From Candidatus Latescibacterota bacterium (GTDB taxonomy: Bacteria > Latescibacterota > UBA2968 > UBA8231), in assembly GCA_965248265.1 (NCBI GenBank), contig CBDFJF010000002.1:2176001-2240000 (forward strand): a stretch of 64,000 nucleotides of DNA. Reading direction: 5' to 3'. How positions within the stretch are numbered: position 1 is the first letter of the stretch; the number at the start of each line of letters is the position of its first letter. Of this stretch, positions 17,445-26,251 are shown one piece after another. The notes beneath the pieces were generated by a model. That model worked only from the letters and a program-made list of their open reading frames with translations, was not told the origin of the DNA and made no database searches. The position numbers were made by a program, and so were the translations under genes.

Positions 17445-20400
17445 CTAATCGGCGTCGATCTCCATCGAGACCCGGTGGTACGGCACGAGTCGAACCGGCC
17501 CGACCAGGCCGTTGAGATCAATGGCGCCCATGTAGGGCGGTGCGTACCAGCCGCGCCACCCGTAGTGCCACAGGTCGAACCGCCCTTCGACCATGCGCTC
17601 AACACTGGCCTCGGCTCGCCGGTTGGCGTCGGAGTTGGTAACCGCGATCCTCAACCGGTTTGTCCCGGGACGGATCTGCGCGGACACATCCAGCTCGAAA
17701 GGGGCCCACAGTCGGGTGGCCACGAGCTCGCCGTTGAGCCAGACCTCAGCGGTGAGACCCACCGAGCCGAGATCGAGCATGACGTTGCGGCCGGCCAATC
17801 CCGGGTAGAGGTCGAACTCCGTTTCGTAGACCACCTCCCCGGAGTAGTGCGTCAGACCGGTCCAGGTCCAATTGCCGAGCCGGTATTCGGTAGTACCGCT
17901 CTCGAAGATGAGGTAGTCGACGAGGTCCTGATCGGCCGGCATGCACAGGGCGACGCAGTTCGGTCGCTCGAAGTCGAGTTGACCAAAGCTCACCCGCCTC
18001 CTCCCCACATCGGCCTCCGCGAGATTCCCGTTTACGTAGACTCGCAGGTCTTGTGGTTTTTCGGGCACCACGAAGGACGTGGTCCCCGGCGGGATGTCGA
18101 CGCGATACCACCGTTCCCTGCCGCCCGGGCGCGTGAAGCATCCCTCGCGGATCTCGGCGGGCGGAAAGGGTGGGAGAAAACGCATTCTCTCGCGCGGGAC
18201 TCCCCGCTGGCGCCTTTGCAACAGCTCTCGTGGGTCGCCCGGGCGCTCTGCGCTGATCAGTCCGGGAGCCGGGAAGCCCTCTCTATTCGTGAACCGGAAG
18301 ACGAACTGGGAATTGAAGGCAGGAAAGGAGCTCTCGATTTTCAACAGAATTTCGTTCCACCCCTCGTCGAGCCGGACCGACAGCCGTTCGGCAAAGCCGT
18401 CGGTCATCTTGACGAACCCGATCTGGCCGTAGAAACGATACACCTGCTTGCCGTTGACCCAGATCTTGCCATTGCCGAGCTCGAACCGCGCCTGGACCTC
18501 CTGGGCCTGCGGCGAATAGACATACGTCGCCGCGTAGGCGACACCGGGTTGGCCTACGTAGTCGAGAATCTCCCCCACGTTCAACCATGGGTTGCGGCCG
18601 TGCACGTACTGCCACAGCAGCGTCGCGCCGCCGTCCGCACGACAGGGTCGATCCGGATCGAAGTCCTGTTCCGGTGGATAGACCGTGTCGAAGCCGCGGC
18701 CGTTGTCGCTGCGAAAAGGGCCGATGATCCACCAGTTCCGCACCGTGAGGCGCTCCCGCGACAGCCAGGTGAGCGGCCAGGCGCGGTGGTTGTAGGCCGC
18801 GTCGGCAAAACCGGCTGCCACTCCGCGTCCCTCCGCCTCGACCATCTCTGCCGCGTAGCGAATTTCCACCCGCGGCGCCGACGGCGTGAAGCTCCAGCCC
18901 GTGGCCGGAAGCTCTTGAATCGGCGGCTCCTCAATCGGTTTCTCCTGGTTGAACGCTTTGCCGCGCCAGCTGCCCCGGACGAATGCGGTGGTGGCAGTGC
19001 TGATCCGGCCCTCGATCCGTGGACGGTCCCCGCTCACCGTCAGCGAGCAGCACTCGAGATTGGTCTCCTCCAAACGGATCGGTCGGTCTTCTGTGGCATG
19101 CTGAAACACCACGGCGAATCCGTCCCACGGTGCAAACTCCAGGTGGAGGATGGTCCGGCCATCTTCGACCCAGTACAGGGGCTCGCGTCGCTCCCCTGAT
19201 TCTGCATCCCAGATCTCCGGTGTGCCGAGGGCATCAAACGCGGCCCTGATCGAACGGGCATGGCCAGTGTCGCTGGCCAGCCAGTAGATATCCCGGCCCT
19301 CCTTTACTCGGTGACTGTAGAACAGGTGCTCCGACGGCCCCTTCACGACCGCGAAATCCGCCGGCAGAGTCTGCTCGATATGCCTGACAACTTTCTCGCG
19401 TCCTCCGGCGACAAACCAGGCCCTACCGCCGCCGGCATGCTCGATCGCCGCGTCCTCACCGTGATCGGGCGGCACGCCGAAGATCGCTTCCACGTGGTCA
19501 CGTATCTCCGGATCGTTCCAGCCCTCGTCCGAGGAGCCGCGAGGCAGAACACCGTACGCGATGACCGCACCGCCCCCTTCACAGAATCGGCGGATCGTCT
19601 GCATCGATCGGCGGCTGATGATGCTCATCCGCGGCAGCACGACGATCTTGAAGCGGCTCTCGGCGATCTCTAATTCACCGGAGGCGATGGTCGAACGAGA
19701 CAGATAGTGTTCGTCCGCAACCTCGAAGTCGCGCTGGGATTCGACCAGGAGCCTCATCAGCGCTTCGTAGTCGGTTTCCACCAGTTGCACGAAGTTACTG
19801 CCCCGGTCCTGTTCGACGAGTACGGCGTCGACACCGGCGAACTCACCGGATCCTTCGAAGGCGGAGCTCGGCGCACTCACCGCGGCCGCTAGAGGCTTGA
19901 GTAGCAGAATCGGCGCCACGGATGTCCCCGCATCGTTCAAGAAGCCGATCCGCTGCATCAGGTCACCGTACTGATGGAAGAACTTCCAGTGCGGTTGCTC
20001 GGGTCCCCACATCGGATTTCCGTCCAGCATGTTGTAGCGGTCATAGGAGAGCATGGCCGTCTGAAAGGTGACGCCCCATGCGCCCAGCACATTGCCGCCC
20101 GCCCGCATTTTCTGAGGGCTGATAAACGACTCGACGCCCTCCAGCAGTTGGGCCTCGACCCACAACGGCTTGCCTTCGAAGTGGGCGATCGAGGCGACTT
20201 CCTTGAAACCGCGCGGGCTGTGATGCCAGGAGAACAGGTCCTCCATGAACGGGTAGGTCATCGCCCGCTGCGACGCCATGAAGTCCCCGGCGCGTGTTGA
20301 CTCCAGAACCAGGTTGTCCCCCCACGACTGCTGGATCGTCTCGATGCCGTGGCTCTCACACCAATCGGCAATCAGCTGCCAGTAGTTCTCGACGAACAGC

Positions 20401-21290
20401 TCGCTCACGATGCGGAAATAGTCGTTGCGGATCTTCGGCGTGACGGCGCCGCCCTCGTGCATCAAAAGCGGCAGGACCGGCCGCAAATCGTAGCCGCACC
20501 GCTTGTGAAAAGTCTCGAAGAAGAGTGGGCTCCACGCGATCGGTCCGCCGAAGCTGCCTTCCGAATCGAGCAGGGCGTACTTGAAGGTCGTGCCCGCATG
20601 GTCGGGAAAGCGACGGACCAGCTCCCCCAGGGTAAGATCGATATAGCGGCGGGTCGCATCCGGATTGAGCGGATCGACCCGCATGTTGATGGGGCCCAGA
20701 TAATCGATGGGATGGTAGAAGCTGAGGAGCCACTCGCCCTCCCCCAGCTCGGTTGCGAAGTCTTCACCCTCGAGCGCCGACGACAAGTCCTGCAGGCTCT
20801 CAGCATCGAGCTCGCCGTTTGCCCTCACCCGCCCCGCGACGGCTATGACGCAGGAGTCCGGCAGCCCCCGAATCAACGCCCGGCCCGGTCCGCTGAATCG
20901 TCGCTCGATCAGTTGCAGACGCTGGAGCCGGTATTCCGGATGGCCTTCCAGCACCCGGCTCGGATCCGGTGGGTCCATGCGTACATCCCGGGCATCTCCC
21001 TGAGGATGGAAGAAGTCGGGCACCATGCCGAGAGCCACGTCTGTGCGCCTGGCGTGATCGAGAAAGATGGCCCACAACTCCCACCATTCCTCGCTCAGGA
21101 AGTGAGGACGCATTCCGTGGGCGGGATAGACGATGACGGTGCCGATGCCCTGTTGGCGGAAGTCGTCGAGCTGCCGTTTGCCTTCGTCTGCTTCGATCGT
21201 CGTCGACCACCACCATAACATGCTCGGCCGGTACCTTTGTGGCGGCGATCGAAACGAATCAAAGAGCTTGTCGCTGCTTTGCACGATCAA
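17445..21290 (-). CDS. Large glycoside hydrolase, GH106 (alpha-L-rhamnosidase)-like with C-terminal GH2-type sugar-binding domain
   Basis: RPSMLWWW, FLSEEW, VDPLNPDAT, ASIAHFEGK, LDLGSV...WLNG...LWAPF...GLVGPVRL. Confidence 0.8.
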   Translation of the reverse strand: MIVQSSDKLFDSFRSPPQRYRPSMLWWWSTTIEADEGKRQLDDFRQQGIGTVIVYPAHGMRPHFLSEEWWELWAIFLDHARRTDVALGMVPDFFHPQGDARDVRMDPPDPSRVLEGHPEYRLQRLQLIERRFSGPGRALIRGLPDSCVIAVAGRVRANGELDAESLQDLSSALEGEDFATELGEGEWLLSFYHPIDYLGPINMRVDPLNPDATRRYIDLTLGELVRRFPDHAGTTFKYALLDSEGSFGGPIAWSPLFFETFHKRCGYDLRPVLPLLMHEGGAVTPKIRNDYFRIVSELFVENYWQLIADWCESHGIETIQQSWGDNLVLESTRAGDFMASQRAMTYPFMEDLFSWHHSPRGFKEVASIAHFEGKPLWVEAQLLEGVESFISPQKMRAGGNVLGAWGVTFQTAMLSYDRYNMLDGNPMWGPEQPHWKFFHQYGDLMQRIGFLNDAGTSVAPILLLKPLAAAVSAPSSAFEGSGEFAGVDAVLVEQDRGSNFVQLVETDYEALMRLLVESQRDFEVADEHYLSRSTIASGELEIAESRFKIVVLPRMSIISRRSMQTIRRFCEGGGAVIAYGVLPRGSSDEGWNDPEIRDHVEAIFGVPPDHGEDAAIEHAGGGRAWFVAGGREKVVRHIEQTLPADFAVVKGPSEHLFYSHRVKEGRDIYWLASDTGHARSIRAAFDALGTPEIWDAESGERREPLYWVEDGRTILHLEFAPWDGFAVVFQHATEDRPIRLEETNLECCSLTVSGDRPRIEGRISTATTAFVRGSWRGKAFNQEKPIEEPPIQELPATGWSFTPSAPRVEIRYAAEMVEAEGRGVAAGFADAAYNHRAWPLTWLSRERLTVRNWWIIGPFRSDNGRGFDTVYPPEQDFDPDRPCRADGGATLLWQYVHGRNPWLNVGEILDYVGQPGVAYAATYVYSPQAQEVQARFELGNGKIWVNGKQVYRFYGQIGFVKMTDGFAERLSVRLDEGWNEILLKIESSFPAFNSQFVFRFTNREGFPAPGLISAERPGDPRELLQRRQRGVPRERMRFLPPFPPAEIREGCFTRPGGRERWYRVDIPPGTTSFVVPEKPQDLRVYVNGNLAEADVGRRRVSFGQLDFERPNCVALCMPADQDLVDYLIFESGTTEYRLGNWTWTGLTHYSGEVVYETEFDLYPGLAGRNVMLDLGSVGLTAEVWLNGELVATRLWAPFELDVSAQIRPGTNRLRIAVTNSDANRRAEASVERMVEGRFDLWHYGWRGWYAPPYMGAIDLNGLVGPVRLVPYHRVSMEIDAD

Positions 21291-21341
21291 TGCTTGCGCT
21301 GTGCTCGTCGGGAAGACTCGGGTAGTCGAGCCGGCAGGTCA

Positions 21342-21522
21342 CTTAGGGAAATCTGTCGTGTCCAGACAGACCGCGAACTCGCCCTCTGCGTCGGCGTACA
21401 TCGCTCGGCGGACACGCCGTTGCGATCAGGACCGAGCCATTGCGGCCAGTCAGCTGCCGGCGTGTGCGCAGCACCGAAGAGAATGGCCGCACAAACGGCG
21501 AGAATGGCTCTTTTTTGTACAC
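21342..21522 (-). pseudogene. Remnant of a PQQ-binding-like (BamB-type) beta-propeller gene
   Basis: The minus strand reads KRAILAVCAAILFGAAHTPAADWPQWLGPDRNGVSAE, then in another frame YADAEGEFAVCLD; no intact start or full ORF. Confidence 0.65.
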
Positions 21523-21735
21523 GAAGATAGTGGTTCTATGAGAGCGATTGTCAAGAGCAGACTTCGCCCTTTTTGATGACCCAGCCGTTTTTTTTGGGCA
21601 ATCAGCCCTGACTTCTTACCCGAGAGTCCCGTTTATTGCAATTCCCCACTCCGTGCAGTATGGTTTCGTCGTGAAATCTGGAGGTTTCCAGATGATCGTT
21701 GATAAGCCTAAACGTGCACACGAGGAGGGTCTTAC

Positions 21736-22620
21736 GTGGGTGAGAGTATCTACCTGAAGTGGCCGGCATGCGGCGCCTTTGAGATCAAACTCGGCGATGT
21801 CAACGTCGCCGTGGACCCGTACCTGTTCGGTCCAGCCCTGGAGGCGGCCGAGCCCATCTTCGACTACATCTTCATCAGCCACGAACACTTCGATCACTGC
21901 CATCCCAAAACGCTCTTGAAACTGTGCCGCGGCGACCGCTTCAAGAAGCTGTTCGTCAACATCGGCTGTCTGACCCCCAACGAGCCGGTCGACGAGAACT
22001 ACGGTGACGCCGCTTTCGCCCGCGACCTGCCGATCACCAAGCACATCCCCGCCGACAAGGTGCAGGCCATCTACCCGAAGTACTGCGACGACGACGATCG
22101 CAGCTGGCCCGGGCCGTTTGAGGTCGACCTGGGACCCATCCACGTCGAAGCGATAGAGAGCGGCGAGCAGGCGAGCCCCGATCTGGTTACCTGTGGCTAT
22201 CTGATCACCCACAAAGAGAAGGGGATTTCATTCTACCACACCGGCGATCTCCACAAGTCCTTTCCCTCGATGGAGAAGCTGCGGGGACGGGTCGACTTCC
22301 TCATCCACATGAAGACTTACGACCGGCGGCCCGGTGAGTTTGCCCGCTGGCTCGAGATGATACAACCTCGCTGCCTGATCCCGACTCACTATAGAACTGA
22401 CAGAGAAAGCGAGCCGGTCCCGGCCGGACATTGGCCGCCGAACCTCACCGATGTGAACGCCTATCTTGAAGATTTGCGACAGCACCTGCCTGATGGTGTA
22501 CGTCTGTTGCCGTTTACTGCTGGAGTCGAGTACGAAATCGAACTACCCGGAATGCAGGTAAGGTGGAATTGGGAGTGGTACAATTCCTGGACCGTACCGC
22601 TGTGGCGTGAGGAGGACTAA
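21736..22620 (+). CDS. MBL-fold metallo-hydrolase (UlaG-like)
   Basis: VDPYL, ISHEHFDHCH, YHTGD, IPTHY; GAGGAGG RBS. Confidence 0.88.
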   Translation: MGESIYLKWPACGAFEIKLGDVNVAVDPYLFGPALEAAEPIFDYIFISHEHFDHCHPKTLLKLCRGDRFKKLFVNIGCLTPNEPVDENYGDAAFARDLPITKHIPADKVQAIYPKYCDDDDRSWPGPFEVDLGPIHVEAIESGEQASPDLVTCGYLITHKEKGISFYHTGDLHKSFPSMEKLRGRVDFLIHMKTYDRRPGEFARWLEMIQPRCLIPTHYRTDRESEPVPAGHWPPNLTDVNAYLEDLRQHLPDGVRLLPFTAGVEYEIELPGMQVRWNWEWYNSWTVPLWREED

Positions 22621-22672
22621 GACCTCTGATTGGCGGGAAGTGCCTGCGGTTCAGAGGGAAAGAGATGGTGAA

Positions 22673-24049
22673 ATGATGAAAACTGAACAAACTCTTCTGT
22701 CTTCGCGCGGATGCCAAACTGCGACGTTCGGAACGGGCAACAAGATCATCACTCACGGGGGAAAGAGGCACGTAGCATGGCTGGATTCTACTGAAGAAGG
22801 CTACTTTGCCAGGATTCGGACGTTGGATCAAAAGAGCGGCGAGTGGTCCGAGACGTACACTTTGGGAGAAGCGAGTGACGATCACGGTCGTCCGGCGCTG
22901 ACGATGGATAGCAAGGGGTATCTGCATGCGGTTTATGGGATACACTGGGATGAAGTTCCGTACCGGCGGTCGGTGAGACCGAATGACGCCTCTGAATGGA
23001 CGGAGCCGGTCATCTTTGGTGTGGATATGACCTACCCTTCGTTTCTCTGCGGATTTGATGACACACTGTATCTGACGGGGCGTTCGAAGTGGGGAGGGGA
23101 GAGGATGTTTGCCAAGCCGGAGGGAAAGGGATGGGAGGATCGGGGGCTAATCATCCGGACGAGAGACGACTGCTTCAGCTATGTGGGTTTTCAGACAGGA
23201 CTGGTGTGGGGGCCGGATCATCGCACGCTGCATCTGGCCTGTGAGACGTACCAGAGCAAGACCGAGCAGACGAACCTTTGGGGCACAATACAGTCGGCCA
23301 ACTACATGGTTTCGAGGGATCTTGGGAAGAGCTGGGAGGGTGCGGACGGCAGGTCGATCGAGACGCCGGCGACTTCCGAGACCATGGATGTGCTTGCTGC
23401 AGGTGAGAGTTGCTATCCGAAGCCGGGGATACGGAACTCTGGAGCGATTGTAGTCGACTCTGAGGGGAAGCCGTATGTCCTGTACATGCGCTACAACATG
23501 CCGTCGCAGCCGGGGCAGGTATTTCTCGTAACGCCTGATGAGGGAGGTGTGTGGCGGCAGCTGCCGATACAGGCTGCGATGGATGAGTGCTGGCCTGGAA
23601 AAGCCGTGGTAGACATTCGTGCCGGTTTCAGCATCACCGATGACGATGTGATATGTGTTGCGATGACGGTCATTCCGCGTGAGCATGGGGTGGCGGAAGA
23701 AGAGAAAGCGTCATGGGAGGCGGGCACGGGCTATTCCACGAATGCAGAAAATGCCCGGTATAGCTTCGAGTCGGCCGGCGTCTGGGACAGAGAGTTTCCG
23801 AATAAGCGAGAGATCGCCTGGTTGGAGTCGCATGACAGAGGAAGGACATTCGAAGCCAGAAGTGTGATCGAGCCAGATCCGGAAGCATTACAGAATCAGC
23901 CGAGTCTGGAAAGGCCTACGGGTTTCAACCGGATTCCTGCCGGCAGTTATCCCGGTCTCATTTATTTTCTCGGGGAGCGTAGAAACCCGCGCGAAAACGA
24001 GGTCATCGACAACGACGTTTTTTGGGTCGATGTAGGGGCGGTGCGCTAA
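22673..24049 (+). CDS. BNR/Asp-box (BNR-4) repeat sialidase-like beta-propeller protein
   Basis: DDHGRPALTMDSKGYLH, TYP, SRDLGKSW, SHDRGRTF, QPSLER. Confidence 0.8.
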   Translation: MMKTEQTLLSSRGCQTATFGTGNKIITHGGKRHVAWLDSTEEGYFARIRTLDQKSGEWSETYTLGEASDDHGRPALTMDSKGYLHAVYGIHWDEVPYRRSVRPNDASEWTEPVIFGVDMTYPSFLCGFDDTLYLTGRSKWGGERMFAKPEGKGWEDRGLIIRTRDDCFSYVGFQTGLVWGPDHRTLHLACETYQSKTEQTNLWGTIQSANYMVSRDLGKSWEGADGRSIETPATSETMDVLAAGESCYPKPGIRNSGAIVVDSEGKPYVLYMRYNMPSQPGQVFLVTPDEGGVWRQLPIQAAMDECWPGKAVVDIRAGFSITDDDVICVAMTVIPREHGVAEEEKASWEAGTGYSTNAENARYSFESAGVWDREFPNKREIAWLESHDRGRTFEARSVIEPDPEALQNQPSLERPTGFNRIPAGSYPGLIYFLGERRNPRENEVIDNDVFWVDVGAVR

Positions 24050-24160
24050 CCGAGCCGCAGCACTCACCCATGACCTCCGAATACGGCTTCTTCGTCGACA
24101 GCCTCGTCGCGGGGCTTCCTGCAAACGCTGCGGTGCGGACAATACAAGGGAGGATACAGA

Positions 24161-26125
24161 TTGCATTACGTGGCGAACCGTTTACCGCTACAGCAGACCC
24201 GATTCGTACATCTTCCCCTGGGGGCTACTCGACCGGAAGGATGGCTTCGTCATCAATTGCTGATCCAGGCCGATGGGTTGAGCGGATATGTGTACAGCGC
24301 CTTCGATGCGCCTACCTGGGCTGACCGGAGCAATTACGAGGAAGGGATTGTGGCCCTGGCCTATGTTCTCAATGATCAAAGACTGGAGCAAATAGCAAAG
24401 GCCATTGTAGATCGGGTGTTGGCATCCCCCCCGCGACCACAGGGCATGAATGTCTGCTACCAGCATCGCATGCGCATGCTTATTGAGTACCACGAGGCCA
24501 CTAGTGATGTCCGTGTTATTCTGTGGTTGACCTCGTACTTTGAGGAGATTGCCGACACACCACTCTCAAGGCAGGAGATGGCGTATGGCGGAGACAAGGA
24601 CCGAGCCGGCGAACATTTGATTCCTGCCTACTGGCTGTACAACCGCACGGGGAACCCGAAAATACTGGAGGCCATTCGCGTTAATTTCAGATCAGAAGTA
24701 GGTCTGGATAATATCGAGAGAGCTGTGGAGAGCTTCCTGAGTCCAGGACGCCGGTCCGACTTCTGGAATAACCACAGTGTTACCCTTGCCCAGGCGATAA
24801 AGTTTCCGGGACTTCTGTACCAACAGTTCCCGGAGACTCGCTACGAGGAAGCGGTCTTTCACGGCATTGACATACTGGACCAATATTGCGGGCAGGTCGG
24901 AGGGCGATATGCCGGCCATGAACACTTGCCGGAAAGCAATGGCCACTCTCCTGCCAACGGCACCGAGTTGTGCACTGTCGCAGAGCAGATGTACTCGATG
25001 CAACGGCTGTTTGAGATTTATGGTGACGTCAGGCTGGCAGACCGCATCGAATACCTGATGTTCAACTCCCATCCAGGCACCTGCACGCCGGACATGTGGA
25101 CGCATCAATATGATCAGCAGGCCAATCAGGTTTCGGTGAGTGTAGCCGAGCGTGTCTTTGACAACAGTGACACCGCCAATATCTATGGTTTGGTTCCCCA
25201 CTATCCATGTTGTCTGTCCAACATGCACCAAAGCTGGCCGCGATTTGTCGAATACCTGTGGATGGCCACGCACGACAACGGATTGGCAACGGTCGCCTAC
25301 GCCCCCAGTCGAGTCACGGCCAAAGCAGGCACCGACGGCGACGTGGTCACAATAATCGAGGAAACGGACTACCCCTTCGGAGGAGAGATCCTCTTCAGGC
25401 TGAAGATGGTCAAGCCCGTGGTATTCCCCCTGCACCTTCGAATTCCGAGCTGGGCGCACGGAACCACCATCGTCGTCGATGAAGAGGAAGTCCATCCTAA
25501 AGCCGGCAGCATTTATGCTCTAAAACGGTCGTGGCGGAACGACGATGTTGTCAGGCTCGTCTTTCCGATGAAGGTGAGAGTTGAAGAGCGGCATAGAAGG
25601 GCCGTTTCGATCCTCCGAGGGCCCCTCTATTTCTGTCTGCGAATAGGCCAGGAGTACCGTGAGTGCGCACATCACGCCAGGTTGATCCGAGAACAGACGG
25701 GGTTTCCAGTGTATGACTGGGAGATTCACCCGACGACGCCGTGGAACTACGGGTTGATTGTCGATTGCCGGCATCCGGAGCGTTCAATCGAAGTCGTAAC
25801 TCACGAAGTCGCTCGTGTCCCGTTTGCCCAGAGAGGGGAGCCGCTTTTTAGAAGGGAAGATCCAGATACGCTGCCGAACTCAGCGGCGTGTGTTCATAGA
25901 CCGATGCCGGCCATCGCTTTCAGGAGGGTCGAATGCCAGCACAAAGAGCCGGTGATCTTGAAGGTCAAAGGTCGCCTGATTCCCAGTTGGAAAATGGCGA
26001 GCGCGAGCGCCGCTGATCCACCGGAATCTCCGGTTCAGTCTGACCAGCCGATTGAGGATCTCGAGTTGATTCCGTATGGCTGCACGCGGTTGAGGATCTC
26101 GGAGTTCCCGGTTACTGTCAACTGA
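24161..26125 (+). CDS. GH127/GH146 family beta-L-arabinofuranosidase-like hydrolase
   Basis: PEGWL, GTELCTVAE, YDQQANQ, YPCCLSNMHQ, ETDYPF, LRIPSWA, LIPYGCTRLRI. Confidence 0.88.
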   Translation: MHYVANRLPLQQTRFVHLPLGATRPEGWLRHQLLIQADGLSGYVYSAFDAPTWADRSNYEEGIVALAYVLNDQRLEQIAKAIVDRVLASPPRPQGMNVCYQHRMRMLIEYHEATSDVRVILWLTSYFEEIADTPLSRQEMAYGGDKDRAGEHLIPAYWLYNRTGNPKILEAIRVNFRSEVGLDNIERAVESFLSPGRRSDFWNNHSVTLAQAIKFPGLLYQQFPETRYEEAVFHGIDILDQYCGQVGGRYAGHEHLPESNGHSPANGTELCTVAEQMYSMQRLFEIYGDVRLADRIEYLMFNSHPGTCTPDMWTHQYDQQANQVSVSVAERVFDNSDTANIYGLVPHYPCCLSNMHQSWPRFVEYLWMATHDNGLATVAYAPSRVTAKAGTDGDVVTIIEETDYPFGGEILFRLKMVKPVVFPLHLRIPSWAHGTTIVVDEEEVHPKAGSIYALKRSWRNDDVVRLVFPMKVRVEERHRRAVSILRGPLYFCLRIGQEYRECAHHARLIREQTGFPVYDWEIHPTTPWNYGLIVDCRHPERSIEVVTHEVARVPFAQRGEPLFRREDPDTLPNSAACVHRPMPAIAFRRVECQHKEPVILKVKGRLIPSWKMASASAADPPESPVQSDQPIEDLELIPYGCTRLRISEFPVTVN

Positions 26126-26251
26126 AACGTGGTCGACTTCCGCCACGCTGTAACACCTTGAGGATCTGAGTCACCTGCACGAGCTCCTCAACAAGAATCC
26201 GGTTCTGATGATAAACGGCATTGGGGACATCCATTTAACTCACCATAGCCA

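Noticed and set aside
24043-24063. Peptide ALTEPQH resembling the IS91 transposase tail ALTEP
   Set aside because: Similarity does not extend and it overlaps the stop of the BNR gene; likely chance.
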